Source: Oculatellaceae cyanobacterium bins.114 (GTDB lineage Bacteria; Cyanobacteriota; Cyanobacteriia; Elainellales; Elainellaceae). Taken from it: a stretch of 64,000 nt of DNA. Below, in pieces: positions 1 through 12,926 of this stretch. Within the stretch, counting starts at the first letter, position 1; each line of letters begins with the position of its first letter. The DNA lies in contig JANRJA010000193.1 of NCBI GenBank assembly GCA_033764315.1, positions 32,001 to 96,000 of the forward strand, in the 5' to 3' direction. Both the position numbers and the translations under genes were made by a program. A model generated the notes under the pieces. The model made no database searches and was not told the origin of the DNA. It saw only the letters and a program-made list of their open reading frames with translations.

Positions 1-1059
1 AGAACCAGACAATCCTGACATCAAAAACAGTCGCCCCTGACGAGGTTGAACATATTGCCAAGCTAATCGGTAATAGAGCGCAGCCGTTTCACTGGCAGCT
101 TGTTTTTCAGCATCTGGAATACTGGGAATATCCAGCAAGAAAGACGTTACTTTTGCCCGCACATAACTTTGACGATTGACATAGAGGGGCAAAATTTGTA
201 ACCCTTCCCAGTCACCCGTCTGTTCAACATAGGTATTGAGAAAGACGGTCGTGAGATCGGGTCGCTGACGTGCTTCTAAATCCATCACGATATAGGCAAC
301 GTCATACATCACATCAACAAAGCGGAAGGGTTCATTGAACTCAATGCAATCAAACAAAAATAGCTTGCCATGCCACAGACAAATATTCCGCAGGTGAATA
401 TCTCCGTGACACTCTCGAATCCAGTTATGACGAACGCGATCGCTAAATAGCGCCTGCCGCTCTGCAAAGAAACGATCGGTATAAGTCCGAGTTTTATCAA
501 ATTGCTCTTGCGTTTGAGGCCCCCCGATATAAGCCTCGGTCTGATCATAATTCTGATCGAAGGCTTCCCGAATTTTGGGGATCGTGCCAAAAGTGCGAAT
601 GTAATCATTGGCCTCAGCTGTGCTGTGAAACTGGGCGATCGCCACCGCTAACTCTTGCAACAACGACTCCGTTAACTCCCCCCGATCATACAAACTTGTC
701 AGCAAGGTCTCTTGAGGAAATTGACGCATCTGCACGGCATATTCCACCACCTCACCTTCACCCTCTAGATGACACTGATCTCCATCTTGGGTAATCGGCA
801 GAACCTGTAAATACAATTCTGCGGCTCCCCGCCGATTGAGGCGCAATTCCTCGTGACAAAAATGTTGCCGCTGCTCCAGCGATGAATAATTCAAAAACCC
901 AAAGTCAACTGGTTTTTTGACTTTATATGCCAACTCCCCTGTTAAAAGAACGTAGGACACATGCGTCTGAATCAGTTGTATAGGCAACTGTACCGGATGT
1001 GGATAAAACTCCGGTTGCAACATCTGTTGAATCAGGGAAGGTAACGATGAATCGGTCAT
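1..1059 (-). CDS. Bifunctional aminoglycoside-phosphotransferase-like kinase / AAA_33 P-loop protein (3' end runs off the window)
   Basis: Missing from the ORF track because it is open to the window edge. Manual translation from ATG at 1059 gives MTDSSLPSLIQQMLQPEFYPHPVQLPIQLIQTHVSYVLLTGELAYKVKKPVDFGFLNYSSLEQRQHFCHEELRLNRR, later RECHGDLHLRN, ending LFLMSGLSGS (start of a Walker A). Confidence 0.85.
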   Translation of the reverse strand, partial: MTDSSLPSLIQQMLQPEFYPHPVQLPIQLIQTHVSYVLLTGELAYKVKKPVDFGFLNYSSLEQRQHFCHEELRLNRRGAAELYLQVLPITQDGDQCHLEGEGEVVEYAVQMRQFPQETLLTSLYDRGELTESLLQELAVAIAQFHSTAEANDYIRTFGTIPKIREAFDQNYDQTEAYIGGPQTQEQFDKTRTYTDRFFAERQALFSDRVRHNWIRECHGDIHLRNICLWHGKLFLFDCIEFNEPFRFVDVMYDVAYIVMDLEARQRPDLTTVFLNTYVEQTGDWEGLQILPLYVNRQSYVRAKVTSFLLDIPSIPDAEKQAASETAALYYRLAWQYVQPRQGRLFLMSGLSGS

Positions 1060-1130
1060 AGGTGAGTTGAAAACTATTTTCTGTCAGTCCAGACCCATCA
1101 TCGCTTAATTAGGCCCGCTTAGAACCATCG

Positions 1131-2396
1131 TCATTCAGAGTCACTATTTAACAAAGTTTGCACAAACTGATAAAGCTCAAACTCCGGTCGCCCTTCGAGT
1201 TGCCAATCTTTGAGATCAATCAAACCTCTCGACAACTCCAAAGCCCGTTTCTTGTAAACGGTGTTGGCAGTTAATAAATCAATAAATACTTCTTGCTCAA
1301 TTTGTAAACGACTGGCCTCTTCCGCTAACGGTGATGCGTAAGTCACTGCATCCGCCTCATATTTCAGCAAGAAGATCAACGCCTGACTTAATTCCTGTAA
1401 CTGCCGTTGCAACTTACGAGTATCGAGATCAAGGCGATCGAACCCAACCTGACCCTCAATTCGTAGCTCAACAATTGGGGCATCACTGGGATTGAGCCGT
1501 TTCAATCGAATTGCTTCTTGCACCTGGTCGATCGCCGCCTGTTCCACCTCTTCTAAACTCTCATGACCTCGCAAGACACAAACCAAGCGCACCAGCGATC
1601 GCTGATAATAATCTCGCTTTAACTCTGCTTTTAGCCCCGTCTTACCTATCTCAATCAGATAAGCTCCCCGCTCATATCGGCTCTCCTCAATGCTATTCGC
1701 CTCAAGAGAACCAGGGTTAAAAATCCAACCTTCAACCACATAATTTTTGTGAATATGCCCTAGTGCCAGATAATCCACGCCAGCCATCTGCAATGGGCGC
1801 ACTTCGTCATAGCGTAAAGCCCCTGCATAGCGAGCAATTTGCCCCTCTAAACCATGATGAAACATCAAAACAGTACGGTCAGGGCCGGGGGGCAACAATT
1901 GAATGGCTGTCGCAATCTGCTCGATCGCTTTCGGTGCTGTTGCCCCATACCAATAGGATCCCAGAACCCTAACGCCGCAAGCCAGATCGATATAGCCTCC
2001 CCGTTTGGTTGCAGCGTCCCAGGATTCATACAATGGCTCTCCAGCAGCAACATCCCCTGGCTCAAGCAATATCAAAAAGCCCCAATCTGCCAAATACCGC
2101 AGCCAACTAGCTTTAGTACCATAGGGTCGGTTATCGTGATTCCCTTCAATCGCCAATACAGGAATGTTGGCTTCCCGCAACATCTCAAAACAGATTTGGG
2201 CCTGGTTTAGAATAGCGGGCTGAATATTACGATGCTCAAACAAGTCACCGGCAATTAAGACAAAATCGACTTGAGCCGCGATCGCATATCGTTGCAATAC
2301 GTCTTGAAACGCATAAAAAAAATCTTTCGTTCGCTCTTTGTTGTCATAGCGATCGAAGCCTAAATGAATATCAGCTATGTGCAAAAAACGAGCCAC
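1131..2396 (-). CDS. sbcD: Mre11/SbcD-family DNA repair exonuclease (metallophosphoesterase)
   Basis: Motifs FLHIADIHLG, AGDLF, IEGNHD, ALGHIH, NPGSLE. Start moved to GTG at 2396 because the longer track ORF overlaps prfA. Confidence 0.85.
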   Translation of the reverse strand: MARFLHIADIHLGFDRYDNKERTKDFFYAFQDVLQRYAIAAQVDFVLIAGDLFEHRNIQPAILNQAQICFEMLREANIPVLAIEGNHDNRPYGTKASWLRYLADWGFLILLEPGDVAAGEPLYESWDAATKRGGYIDLACGVRVLGSYWYGATAPKAIEQIATAIQLLPPGPDRTVLMFHHGLEGQIARYAGALRYDEVRPLQMAGVDYLALGHIHKNYVVEGWIFNPGSLEANSIEESRYERGAYLIEIGKTGLKAELKRDYYQRSLVRLVCVLRGHESLEEVEQAAIDQVQEAIRLKRLNPSDAPIVELRIEGQVGFDRLDLDTRKLQRQLQELSQALIFLLKYEADAVTYASPLAEEASRLQIEQEVFIDLLTANTVYKKRALELSRGLIDLKDWQLEGRPEFELYQFVQTLLNSDSE

Positions 2397-2416
2397 AGAA
2401 TTTTTAGTGAATGAGC

Positions 2417-3550
<1,134 letters not shown>

Positions 3551-3612
3551 TCAGGAACACGAACAGATTAGCGGCTCGGCCAATTTAGCTTGGAGCCACT
3601 TACCGTGAGTCC

Positions 3613-3870
3613 TTACCGCTTCTTAGATTGCTTTGACTTTGTCTCAGTGCCTTGGTCACCACCCTCCATCATGCCGTACTTCCGCAAGAAACGTTCAACA
3701 CGACCTTCGGTGTCAATGATTTTCTGCGTTCCAGTAAAGAATGGGTGGTTACCAGACCACACATCAACATGAAGCTCAGGCTTAGTGGACCCAACAGTCA
3801 TCACCAACTCACCGTTGCAATAGACCTTAGACTCTGGATACCACTTTGGATGAATATCAGATTTTGCCAT
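3613..3870 (-). CDS. rpmE: 50S ribosomal protein L31
   Basis: DIHPKWY...HVDVWSGNHPFFTG...EGRVERF. Confidence 0.97.
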   Translation of the reverse strand: MAKSDIHPKWYPESKVYCNGELVMTVGSTKPELHVDVWSGNHPFFTGTQKIIDTEGRVERFLRKYGMMEGGDQGTETKSKQSKKR

Positions 3871-3911
3871 GATTCAAGAATTTAGAAAGGGATGGTCTTT
3901 TATTCTAACTT

Positions 3912-4325
3912 TTATCGCTTCGAGTATTGAGGAGCCTTGCGGGCTTTGTGTAAACCGTACTTCTTCCGTTCTTTAGCACGAGGATCGCGAGTCAGGTAGC
4001 CTTCAATTTTGAGCGGCTTACGGTTATCAGGATCAAGTTGACAGAGAGCACGAGCAACTCCCAAGCGAATGGAATCGGCTTGCCCAGTCAAACCACCGCC
4101 ATGAGCATTGACTAAAATATCGTACTCATTCTCAAGGCCAAGCGTTTCTAGAGGAGCCTTCGCCACAGCTAGATAGGTAGGGTTGAACTGAAGATACAAC
4201 TCTCCAGGCTTACCATTAATGATCAACTGGCCGCTTCCTGGAACCAAACGAACTCTCGCAATAGCCGACTTGCGACGACCTGTACCCCAATACATGACTC
4301 GACCCATTTTTTCAGTAGCCTGCAT
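3912..4325 (-). CDS. rpsI: 30S ribosomal protein S9
   Basis: [15 protein letters not shown]-terminal [11 protein letters not shown]. Confidence 0.98.
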   Translation of the reverse strand: MQATEKMGRVMYWGTGRRKSAIARVRLVPGSGQLIINGKPGELYLQFNPTYLAVAKAPLETLGLENEYDILVNAHGGGLTGQADSIRLGVARALCQLDPDNRKPLKIEGYLTRDPRAKERKKYGLHKARKAPQYSKR

Positions 4326-4780
4326 TAATCATCTCCTCCGGGAATAGTATTGATTTTTAGCAATTCGGGTTGTTGAGCTTGATGAGGATGCTCAGAACCA
4401 GCATAAACTTTGAGCTTTGTAAACAGCTGCCGACCAAGGGTATTTTTAGGCAACATCCCTTTGACAGCTTGTTCGATGATGCGCTCTGGCAGACGAGCTT
4501 GCAACTTTGCGAAGCTCTCGGTCTTCATTCCACCAGGTCGCCCAGAGTGACGTCGATACACCTTTTGACCTCGTTTTTTGCCAGTTACATCCACTTTTTC
4601 AGCGTTAATAACAATGACAAAATCACCCGTATCTAGGTGAGGAGTGTAAGTTGGCTTGTTTTTACCGCGCAAGATCATGGCGATCGCGCTAGCTAGACGC
4701 CCCAAACGTTGATTTTCAGCATCTACAACATACCAGCTGTGCTGAATGGTCTGTTGAGAAGGGAGGTAGGTTTTGTTCAT
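4325..4780 (-). CDS. rplM: 50S ribosomal protein L13
   Basis: WYVVDA...LGRLAS...[11 protein letters not shown]...[12 protein letters not shown]. Confidence 0.98.
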   Translation of the reverse strand: MNKTYLPSQQTIQHSWYVVDAENQRLGRLASAIAMILRGKNKPTYTPHLDTGDFVIVINAEKVDVTGKKRGQKVYRRHSGRPGGMKTESFAKLQARLPERIIEQAVKGMLPKNTLGRQLFTKLKVYAGSEHPHQAQQPELLKINTIPGGDD

Positions 4781-4827
4781 AGTAGCTTTTAGGAATTACA
4801 AAACTAAAATCTTGAAGAGGTAAAAGT

Positions 4828-5721
4828 TCAGGTGAGACAATATTGAGCTTCAGTAACTGATTGAAAGAGAAATTGCGGTTGAGTATCAAACCAAACTTCA
4901 GTGGAGAACGGGAAGTCAGCATATCCTACGCGCAGCAAACATAGTCCTTGTGGAGGAGCAGCATATCTGACCTGGTCTCGTCGTTGCTGTGTCCAAAGCT
5001 CTGTGAAATCAGCGGGCGATCGCCATCCCCGTCCTACCTCAACCAAAAGCCCAATTAATAAGCGCATCATGCCGTAGAGAAATCCACTGGCCTGAACTTC
5101 AATACTAATAAACGACCCCTGGCTCTTACACTCTGCCACCTGCACTTCAACCCATGAATGAGAACGTCCCGAGTTAGCCCGATGAAACGCAGCTAAATGA
5201 TGACGTCCTAATAAAGGAGTTAAAGCTTCTTGCATTAAAGATGGATCAAGAGATGCATGATAATAATGCCAAGCAAAAGGACGTACAAACAGGTTAGGAC
5301 GAGCCTCGGTAAAAATGATGTAACGATATCGTCGCCACAACGCCGAAAAACGAGCATGCCAACTTTGATGAACGACAGCGGACGCTCGGATCACAATGTC
5401 ACTCGGCAAGCGATGGTTAAGGATATCAGTCCAGCGATAAGCCGGAATCCATCCAGGAGCATCAAAATGAGCAACCTGTGCTGCCGCGTGGACCCCTGCA
5501 TCTGTCCTACCCGCACCATGCAAAGTTACGGGGCGTTTAACAACAGCCTGCAAGGCTTTTTCTATCTCTTCTTGAACAGTACGATGTTGGGGTTGTCGCT
5601 GCCAACCATGAAAATGAGTGCCCAGGTACTGAATAACCAGGGCAACTCTTTGGAGTTTTTCTGAATCATGATCAACATTAATCTCAGAAGAACTCATTAA
5701 CTGTGGAAAAACAGCAGACAT
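4828..5721 (-). CDS. truA: tRNA pseudouridine(38-40) synthase
   Basis: GAGRTDAGVHA motif, FLYGMMR; usual position after rplQ. Confidence 0.95.
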   Translation of the reverse strand: MSAVFPQLMSSSEINVDHDSEKLQRVALVIQYLGTHFHGWQRQPQHRTVQEEIEKALQAVVKRPVTLHGAGRTDAGVHAAAQVAHFDAPGWIPAYRWTDILNHRLPSDIVIRASAVVHQSWHARFSALWRRYRYIIFTEARPNLFVRPFAWHYYHASLDPSLMQEALTPLLGRHHLAAFHRANSGRSHSWVEVQVAECKSQGSFISIEVQASGFLYGMMRLLIGLLVEVGRGWRSPADFTELWTQQRRDQVRYAAPPQGLCLLRVGYADFPFSTEVWFDTQPQFLFQSVTEAQYCLT

Positions 5722-5740
5722 GTAAACTAAAAATTCCCAA

Positions 5741-6091
5741 TCATGTCAATTCAATAATCGCCATCTCAGAGTTATCTCCTCGACGACTTACAGTACGCAA
5801 AACCCGAGTATAACCGCCTTGGCGATCGCCATACCGTTCCTTCGCCTGCTCAAAAAGAGCATGAACCAAATCTTTGTCATAGATGTATCCTAAAGCCTGA
5901 CGACGGGCTGCAAGAGAACCATCTTTTGCCAAAGAAATCATTTTTTCGACTTCAGAGCGAACAGCCTTAGCACGCACCTTAGTCGTTGTAATTCGACCAT
6001 GACGAATCAGCTCTGTAGTCAGTGCTCGCAGAAGAGCGCGGCGCTGATCGGCAGGCTTACCAAGTTGAGGAACACGACAACGATGACGCAT
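5741..6091 (-). CDS. rplQ: 50S ribosomal protein L17
   Basis: MRHR...GRITTT...GGYTRV...RRGD. Confidence 0.98.
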   Translation of the reverse strand: MRHRCRVPQLGKPADQRRALLRALTTELIRHGRITTTKVRAKAVRSEVEKMISLAKDGSLAARRQALGYIYDKDLVHALFEQAKERYGDRQGGYTRVLRTVSRRGDNSEMAIIELT

Positions 6092-6154
6092 AAGAAAACA
6101 GTACGACGAAGGACAGTAAAAGATAAAAAGTGATTAAACTCCCAGCATTATAGT

Positions 6155-7102
6155 TTAGCTGGTTTTAGCAGACTTCTCATGAGGAAGAGTGATCCCCAGA
6201 CGATTTTGCAAAGCTTCAATAACTTCTTCGGCAGACTTTGCCCCAAAATTCTTGATCTCCAACAAATCTTCTTGGGTGTAATCCAAAAGGTCTGCAACGG
6301 AGTTAATCTGCGCCCGCTTCAAACAGTTGTAAGCTCGGACGGAGAGCTGCAATTCTTCAATTGGAATTTGATTTGTTGGATCCTCATCATCATCAAGCAC
6401 ATCTTTCATCTGCTCAAATGTGATGTCTTTCAAAGGATTGAACAAATCAACCAGAATATTAGCAGCTTGGCTCAAAGCTTCTTGAGGAGTGACGCTTCCA
6501 TCAGTCCAAACTTCCATAATCAAGCGATCTCTCTCAAGAGAACCCCCAACTCTGGCATCCTCAACGGTATAGTTCACCTTGCGAACAGGCATAAAGACAG
6601 AGTCAATTTGCAGAAAATCAAGGGCTGAGGTTTCATCGCGCCCTCGCTCAATGGCTCGATACCCAACTCCCTTCTCAATCCGAAACTCCATCTCAAAAAT
6701 TGCTCCCGCCGCAACCGTAGCAACATATTGGTCAGGATCAATAACCTCAACTTCTGCTGGCAGCTCAAAATACTCCGAAGTCACTGTTGCTGGCCCTTCA
6801 ACCCGCAAACGACCAATTTGAGGCTGCGAGGAGTAACTCTTCAAAACCACCTCTTTCATATTCAGCAAAATGTCTAAGACATCTTCCCGCACACCTGGAA
6901 TCGTCATGAACTCATGAGTTACCCCAGCAATCCTTACAGCCGTAACGGCTGCACCCTCTAAATTAGACAACAAAACTCGCCGCAGTGCGTTGCCAACTGT
7001 TGTTCCTTGACCCCGCTCAAGAGGCTCTAACACAAAGCGGCTGTACAAGCCCTGTGTACTACTTGTATCAGACTCCACACATTCAACCTGAAACTGTGCC
7101 AT
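6155..7102 (-). CDS. rpoA: RNA polymerase alpha subunit
   Basis: EPLERGQGTTVGNALRRVLLS; alpha-CTD LSVRAYNCLKRA...NFGAKS. Confidence 0.98.
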   Translation of the reverse strand: MAQFQVECVESDTSSTQGLYSRFVLEPLERGQGTTVGNALRRVLLSNLEGAAVTAVRIAGVTHEFMTIPGVREDVLDILLNMKEVVLKSYSSQPQIGRLRVEGPATVTSEYFELPAEVEVIDPDQYVATVAAGAIFEMEFRIEKGVGYRAIERGRDETSALDFLQIDSVFMPVRKVNYTVEDARVGGSLERDRLIMEVWTDGSVTPQEALSQAANILVDLFNPLKDITFEQMKDVLDDDEDPTNQIPIEELQLSVRAYNCLKRAQINSVADLLDYTQEDLLEIKNFGAKSAEEVIEALQNRLGITLPHEKSAKTS

Positions 7103-7287
7103 CTACCAACCTCCCTACTCTTTAAGCACTAGTTAGAAAGCACAACTGGCTCTACCAACTTTTCGCGAGTTAGATACTCGAACATAAACAACCTATCTTC
7201 TCGATAACCACTTGGGGAACTCGGCTAATGTATCGATGTCACCTGAAAATCTCAGCTATCAATATCAATAATCAAATCCCAGACTCT

Positions 7288-7683
7288 TCAAACTCTACGA
7301 CGCTTAGGAGGACGACAACCGTTATGTGGGATAGGAGTCACATCCCGAATCAATGTAATTTCCAAACCAGCCCCTTGCAGAGCACGAATAGCCGTCTCAC
7401 GACCAGAGCCAGGCCCACTGACCATCACCTCAATCTGGCGCATTCCTTGATCAGTAGCTCGCCGAGCCGCATTTTCAGCTGCTGTCTGTGCCGCAAAGGG
7501 GGTACCCTTTTTTGCGCCCTTAAAGCCACTAGAACCAGATGATGCCCATGAAATGGCCTCACCATTAGTGTCTGTAATCGTAACGATCGTGTTGTTGAAG
7601 GTAGACTGAATATGAGCTACGCCGCTTGGTACATGCCGCTTTTGCTTCTTTGCTCCAGTTTTTTTAGTCGGTTGTCGTGCCAT
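7288..7683 (-). CDS. rpsK: 30S ribosomal protein S11
   Basis: [27 protein letters not shown]. Confidence 0.98.
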   Translation of the reverse strand: MARQPTKKTGAKKQKRHVPSGVAHIQSTFNNTIVTITDTNGEAISWASSGSSGFKGAKKGTPFAAQTAAENAARRATDQGMRQIEVMVSGPGSGRETAIRALQGAGLEITLIRDVTPIPHNGCRPPKRRRV

Positions 7684-7877
7684 GTTGATATCTCTAATAC
7701 TGAAATTGAACTAACTCAATGAGGGAAGTTGTAGAGCCACACCTAAATGGCTTTGCACCTTAAATAAATCGCACAAACCACAACCAATATCCAATTACAT
7801 CTCAAACTTTGACTATTTTCTTTCAAAATTTCAAAAGGCATAATGAAGGGATATTGATTGAAAAGCCACTACTGCTT

Positions 7878-8261
7878 TTATTTCTTACTTGGGGCTTTCT
7901 TCTTACCAGCAACAGTACGGCGTCCACCCCGACGGGTTCTAGCATTTGTTCTGGTTCGTTGACCTCTGACTGGCAATCCTGCACGATGGCGACGCCCACG
8001 ATAGGTACCAATATCCATTAACCGCTTGATACTGATAGCCTCTAGACGTCTCAGATCACCCTCGACCTGATAGTCATTTTCAATAACCTCACGCAAAGAA
8101 GCAACATCAGGATCAGTTAGATCCTTAACACGAGTGTCTGGATTAACCCCAGTTGCAGCTAAGATTTCTTTTGCTCTAGTCGGCCCAATTCCGTATATGT
8201 AGGTAAGACCTATCTCGACACGTTTGTCACGTGGGAGGTCTACTCCAGCAATCCGTGCCAC
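7878..8261 (-). CDS. rpsM: 30S ribosomal protein S13
   Basis: ARIAGVDLP...[15 protein letters not shown] (GTG start). Confidence 0.98.
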   Translation of the reverse strand: MARIAGVDLPRDKRVEIGLTYIYGIGPTRAKEILAATGVNPDTRVKDLTDPDVASLREVIENDYQVEGDLRRLEAISIKRLMDIGTYRGRRHRAGLPVRGQRTRTNARTRRGGRRTVAGKKKAPSKK

Positions 8262-8358
8262 GTTAAAAATCTCCTTAACTCAAATTTTTGCAAGCTGTTG
8301 AGCTTAGTAAATGTCTAGGCAAACGCTCATGTTTCAATCTAGACTTGGGGCCAAATCA

Positions 8359-8472
8359 CTACCCTTGGCGTTGTTTATGCTTCGGATTAGAACAAATAAC
8401 CATGACACGGCCACGACGGCGAATGACACGGCACTTCTCGCAAATTTTACGAACAGACGCTCGAACCTTCAT
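8359..8472 (-). CDS. rpmJ: 50S ribosomal protein L36 (37 aa)
   Basis: Below the track size cutoff. Manual translation [37 protein letters not shown]. Confidence 0.97.
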   Translation of the reverse strand: MKVRASVRKICEKCRVIRRRGRVMVICSNPKHKQRQG

Positions 8473-8604
8473 GTTGCACAAATCAAAGTATTACAAACGT
8501 AACATTATACCCTTTTTATAGGTTTTTATCAAGGAAAGAGCCATCAGATAAAATAAATTGACCAAAAGTCAAAAAGTTGAATTTATATGACCAAACGAAC
8601 AAAT

Positions 8605-8829
8605 TTACTTTTTACGAAGCCGATAAGTAATTCTACCTTTGGTTAGATCGTAGGGAGTCAGTTCGACTTTAACCCGATCACCCGGCAGAATCTTGATATA
8701 GTTACGCCGAATTTTTCCAGAAATATGAGCTAGAACATTAAAACCGTTATCTAGATCGACTCGGAACATAGCGTTTGGCAGCGAGTCTGTCACTGTGCCT
8801 TCCATCTCAATCAAATCTTGCTTAGACAA
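8605..8829 (-). CDS. infA: Translation initiation factor IF-1
   Basis: [10 protein letters not shown]...LPNAMF...AHISGK...PYDLTKGRI. Probable TTG start at 8829. Confidence 0.95.
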   Translation of the reverse strand: MSKQDLIEMEGTVTDSLPNAMFRVDLDNGFNVLAHISGKIRRNYIKILPGDRVKVELTPYDLTKGRITYRLRKK

Positions 8830-9003
8830 TGAGTATGCCCTCAAAAACAACACAAAAAATAAGCTTTAGAACAGAAGAAAGATAGTCTAATTCCTTATCT
8901 AACGGTTTGACCATCTTTCATTCCAAGACTAACAAATCTTTACTAAATTGGCTTTAATATGAACCCTGCCTTAAGAGAATATTTGACTTTTAATAGTGAG
9001 AAC

Positions 9004-9558
9004 CTACTGTTGGATTAGGCGTTTCAACTCTGAGGTCACAGTATCAATCGGTTGATTACCGTTGACAGAGACTAGTTGCTGACGACTACGATAGGCATCA
9101 ATCAAAGGTGCCGTCTGGGTTCGATATACGTCAAGACGTCTGCGAATTACCTCTTCGTTATCATCTTTACGCCCCCTCTCTAGAAGTCGCGCGACTAAAA
9201 CCTCATCAGGAACATCTATATTTACGACAGCATCACAAGATTGATGAATTTCAACAAGCAATTCATCTAGGAAAGCAACCTGAGTCACATTTCGAGGAAA
9301 ACCATCCAAAATCCATCCCATTTGAGCATCTGGTTGGTTGAGGCGACCCTGGATCATTCCTAGCAGAAGTTGATCAGGCACCAATTCTCCACGATCCATA
9401 TAATCTTGAGCTTTAAGTCCTAAATCAGTTTTTTCAGCTACTGCACCCCTCAAGATATCGCCAGTAGAAATATGCGGGATAGAAAAGCTTTTTGCCAGAA
9501 GAGTTGCTTGAGTACCTTTCCCGGCACCAGGAGGCCCTAAAAAAATCAAACGTACCAC
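9004..9558 (-). CDS. adk: Adenylate kinase (short LID type)
   Basis: GPPGAGKGTQA, HISTGD, LDGFPR. Confidence 0.97.
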   Translation of the reverse strand: MVRLIFLGPPGAGKGTQATLLAKSFSIPHISTGDILRGAVAEKTDLGLKAQDYMDRGELVPDQLLLGMIQGRLNQPDAQMGWILDGFPRNVTQVAFLDELLVEIHQSCDAVVNIDVPDEVLVARLLERGRKDDNEEVIRRRLDVYRTQTAPLIDAYRSRQQLVSVNGNQPIDTVTSELKRLIQQ

Positions 9559-10865
9559 TATTGCTTCACCATCCCCTCATATCGTTGGGAAATCACATAA
9601 GTTTGAATTTGCTTAGCAGTATCGATTGCAACACCTACCAAAATGAGCAGAGATGTCGCGCCCAATCCTTGAAATGTTCTGACCTGAGTTGCGCTCTCAA
9701 CAGCAGTTGGAACAATCGCTACTAATCCCAAGAAAATAGCTCCCAAAAAGATCAATCGATTTAAGACGCGCTCAATATACTCACTAGTCGCTTTACCAGG
9801 ACGAATACCGGGAATACTAGCACCCATCTTTTTCAAGTTTTGGGACATATCAACAGGATTTACCGTTATTGAGGCGTAGAAGTAACTAAAGAACAAGATC
9901 AAAACCAAATATAAAATCACATGAACCCAGTGCCCAGGACTAAGATACTGAACAATTGCACCTAAAGACTGATTAGGAACAAATTGAGCAAGGGAAGCTG
10001 GCAAAAATAAGACCGCAGAAGCAAAGATGATGGGCATCACACCACCTTGATTGAGACGAAGCGGTAAGTAACTACTCTTTTCTAGATACATCCGACGACC
10101 CACTTGACGGCGAGCAGAAATAATTGGAATGCGACGAGTTCCTTCCTGAACAAAGACAATTCCAACGATCATGACCAGGAAAACCAAAAGCAGGATAATA
10201 ACCCCACCGACAAGATTGCGATCGCCTCCCTGAGCAAGTTCAATAGTTTGACCTAAAGAATTTGGCAACGTTGAAACAATACTTACAAAAATCAGCAAAG
10301 AAGCCCCATTTCCGATACCACGCTCTGTGATTAGTTCTCCAACCCACATCACAAACATGGAACCGGCCGTCAGAGCGATTACAGTCTCTACAATAAACAA
10401 AGGACCAGGGACTTCAGCGTAACGGCTTACTAAAATGGCAATACCAACGCTCTGTAAGATAGCCCAACCTAACGCCACAAACCGCGTAATCTGGGAAATC
10501 TTTCGTCGTCCTGCCTCACCCTCATTTTTCTGAAGATCTTCTAAGCTAGGGAGTGCTGCCGTCAGTAACTGCAAAATAATAGAAGCATTAATATAGGGAA
10601 GAATGCCAAGAGCAAAAATTCCTAGAGCCGAGATACCACCACCCGTAAGAATATCAACAAGCCCGATTAAGTTACCTAACCCGCTTCCTTGGATTCCTTG
10701 CTGGAACGCCTCTCGATCAATGCCAGGAATGGGAATGAAAACTCCTAAGCGAACCAGAATCAGCATTCCAATAGTGACAAATAATCGACCTCTCAAACCA
10801 GCGGCCTGAGCCATTTGAATAAACGTTTCTTGCGCCGTTGGAGCTTTGTCTCGATTGACAACCAT
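9558..10865 (-). CDS. secY: Preprotein translocase subunit SecY
   Basis: FALGILPYINASII, ITERGIGNGASL, IPGIRPG; multiple TM segments. Confidence 0.98.
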   Translation of the reverse strand: MVVNRDKAPTAQETFIQMAQAAGLRGRLFVTIGMLILVRLGVFIPIPGIDREAFQQGIQGSGLGNLIGLVDILTGGGISALGIFALGILPYINASIILQLLTAALPSLEDLQKNEGEAGRRKISQITRFVALGWAILQSVGIAILVSRYAEVPGPLFIVETVIALTAGSMFVMWVGELITERGIGNGASLLIFVSIVSTLPNSLGQTIELAQGGDRNLVGGVIILLLVFLVMIVGIVFVQEGTRRIPIISARRQVGRRMYLEKSSYLPLRLNQGGVMPIIFASAVLFLPASLAQFVPNQSLGAIVQYLSPGHWVHVILYLVLILFFSYFYASITVNPVDMSQNLKKMGASIPGIRPGKATSEYIERVLNRLIFLGAIFLGLVAIVPTAVESATQVRTFQGLGATSLLILVGVAIDTAKQIQTYVISQRYEGMVKQ

Positions 10866-10926
10866 GAAGGGATACCTCTCCTACAAAACCTATCGAAGGC
10901 GTTGACACGTAAGCCGCGTCAAGGAA

Positions 10927-11373
10927 TCAATCAACTACAGTGCAAGTGCCGCCAGCCTCTTCAATCTTAGTGCGAGCTGACGCTGTGAATGCAGCAGCCT
11001 CAACTTGAAGAGGAACTGCTAGCTCACCATCACCCAATATTTTTAAAGGACCGTCATCAGATGTGATAAGACCAACCTCAATCAATGCTGTCAAGCTGAC
11101 TTGAGTATTAGCCGGAAGACTAGCGAGATCAGCCACATTGATCGTAGTGTACTGCTGGCGGTTAATTACCGTAAAGTGCTTCAATTTTGGAATACGGCGG
11201 TACAGCGGTAATTGACCTCCTTCAAAACCAGGACGGGTACTATGACCTGAGCGCGATTTTTGACCTCGCATGCCGAAGCCACAACTCGCCCCTTGCCCAG
11301 CAGAAATGCCACGCCCAACACGGCGGCGACGTTTTTGAGAACCTTCTTTTGGTAAAGCGTCTGTAAGTCTCAT
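10927..11373 (-). CDS. rplO: 50S ribosomal protein L15
   Basis: RVGRG...GQKSRSG...[14 protein letters not shown]. Start set at ATG 11373. Confidence 0.97.
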   Translation of the reverse strand: MRLTDALPKEGSQKRRRRVGRGISAGQGASCGFGMRGQKSRSGHSTRPGFEGGQLPLYRRIPKLKHFTVINRQQYTTINVADLASLPANTQVSLTALIEVGLITSDDGPLKILGDGELAVPLQVEAAAFTASARTKIEEAGGTCTVVD

Positions 11374-11400
11374 GTTTGTTACCAACTATTAATGCATTCT

Positions 11401-11922
11401 CTAGGCATACAAATTTTCAACAGGAATGCCTCGTTCTTCAGCCACTTCAGAGAAAGTTCGAAGCGATGCTAAAGCGTTAGCAGCCGCTCTGGCATTATTT
11501 AAGGGGTTACCCGATCCTAGCTGCTTTGCCAGTACATTACGAACACCTGCCAATTCAAGAACAGTCCGAACTGCTCCTCCTGCAATTACACCAGTACCAG
11601 GCGCAGCAGGTCTCATGATTACTTTTGCACCTCCACCCATACCATCTACAGGATGAGGAATTGAGTTGGATTTGGTTAGGGGAACATCTACAAGATGCTT
11701 CTTACCATCTGCGACTCCTTTGCGAACAGCACCAATCACATCACTGGCTTTACCGACACCCACACCGACCTGACCTCTTTCATTGCCAACAATGACAATA
11801 GCCCTGAAGCTGAGCTTTTTCCCACCTTTCACAACTTTAGTGACGCGGCGAATCTGCACAACCCTTTCTTGCCAATCCGTTTCTTTCTCACGAGCACGGC
11901 TGCTTTTACGATTTTTAGCCAT
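11401..11922 (-). CDS. rpsE: 30S ribosomal protein S5
   Basis: [22 protein letters not shown]. Confidence 0.98.
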   Translation of the reverse strand: MAKNRKSSRAREKETDWQERVVQIRRVTKVVKGGKKLSFRAIVIVGNERGQVGVGVGKASDVIGAVRKGVADGKKHLVDVPLTKSNSIPHPVDGMGGGAKVIMRPAAPGTGVIAGGAVRTVLELAGVRNVLAKQLGSGNPLNNARAAANALASLRTFSEVAEERGIPVENLYA

Positions 11923-11998
11923 CTCTCCAATCCTGCTTGCTAGTCATCATCGCTCAACATAACTTTGCTCAACCCGATCCTTACTGTAGCAATGGGTT

Positions 11999-12361
11999 TT
12001 AAAAATCGAGCCCAACCTCACGGGCAGCATCTGCTAAAGCCTTGACCCGACCATGATATAGATTTCCACCCCGATCAAAAACAACCTGTTTAATCCCTTG
12101 CTTAAGCGATCGCTCTGCAATAAGTTTGCCAATCTGAGCTGAAGCTTCGCAATTTGAGCTAGTTTCAAGTTGCTCTCTTAACTCTGGCTCCAAGGTTGAA
12201 GCAGAAACCAAAGTGTGATGACGTGAATCATCAATAACCTGAGCATAAATATGTTGATTAGACCGAAAAACAGCTAACCGGGGACGCTCTGTAGTTCCTG
12301 AAACACTGCGTCGAATACGACCGTGACGACGACGAGTTGATTCCTTGCGACTCAGTTTCAT
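11999..12361 (-). CDS. rplR: 50S ribosomal protein L18
   Basis: [28 protein letters not shown]. Confidence 0.98.
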   Translation of the reverse strand: MKLSRKESTRRRHGRIRRSVSGTTERPRLAVFRSNQHIYAQVIDDSRHHTLVSASTLEPELREQLETSSNCEASAQIGKLIAERSLKQGIKQVVFDRGGNLYHGRVKALADAAREVGLDF

Positions 12362-12363
12362 TG

Positions 12364-12903
12364 CTATTTCTTCCCTGCCTTACCAGCTTTACGTCTAACG
12401 ACTTCACCTGAATACCGGATTCCCTTTCCTTTATAAGGCTCAGGTGGACGAACCGCGCGAATTTTAGCTGCTGTATTACCAACAATCTCTTTATCGATGC
12501 CACTGACAATAACATTTGTATTATTTTCAACAGCAAATTGAATTCCATCGGGCGGTTCGATTTGAATAGGATGGCTGTAACCTACGCTTAAGGTTAAGTT
12601 ACGACCTTGCACCTGGGCGCGGTAGCCTACCCCTTGGATTTCCAAGCGACGCTGAAACCCTTGAGAGACTCCCTCAACCATATTGGCAACTAAAGTACGG
12701 CAAAGACCGTGACGTTGGCGTGCCGGACGAGACTCATTCCGCCGATTGACTTGCAGGTTCTCCCCATCTTGAACCACTTCCACCTCAGGAGGTAGGGTGC
12801 GAGATAGCTCACCTTTTGGTCCTTTAACGGCAACATATTGACCGTCAATAGTAACGGTTACTTTTGTAGGAACACTGATAGGACGCTTACCGATACGAGA
12901 CAT
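12364..12903 (-). CDS. rplF: 50S ribosomal protein L6
   Basis: [18 protein letters not shown]. Confidence 0.98.
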   Translation of the reverse strand: MSRIGKRPISVPTKVTVTIDGQYVAVKGPKGELSRTLPPEVEVVQDGENLQVNRRNESRPARQRHGLCRTLVANMVEGVSQGFQRRLEIQGVGYRAQVQGRNLTLSVGYSHPIQIEPPDGIQFAVENNTNVIVSGIDKEIVGNTAAKIRAVRPPEPYKGKGIRYSGEVVRRKAGKAGKK

Positions 12904-12926
12904 GATTCACTCCTAAAAAGCAGGTG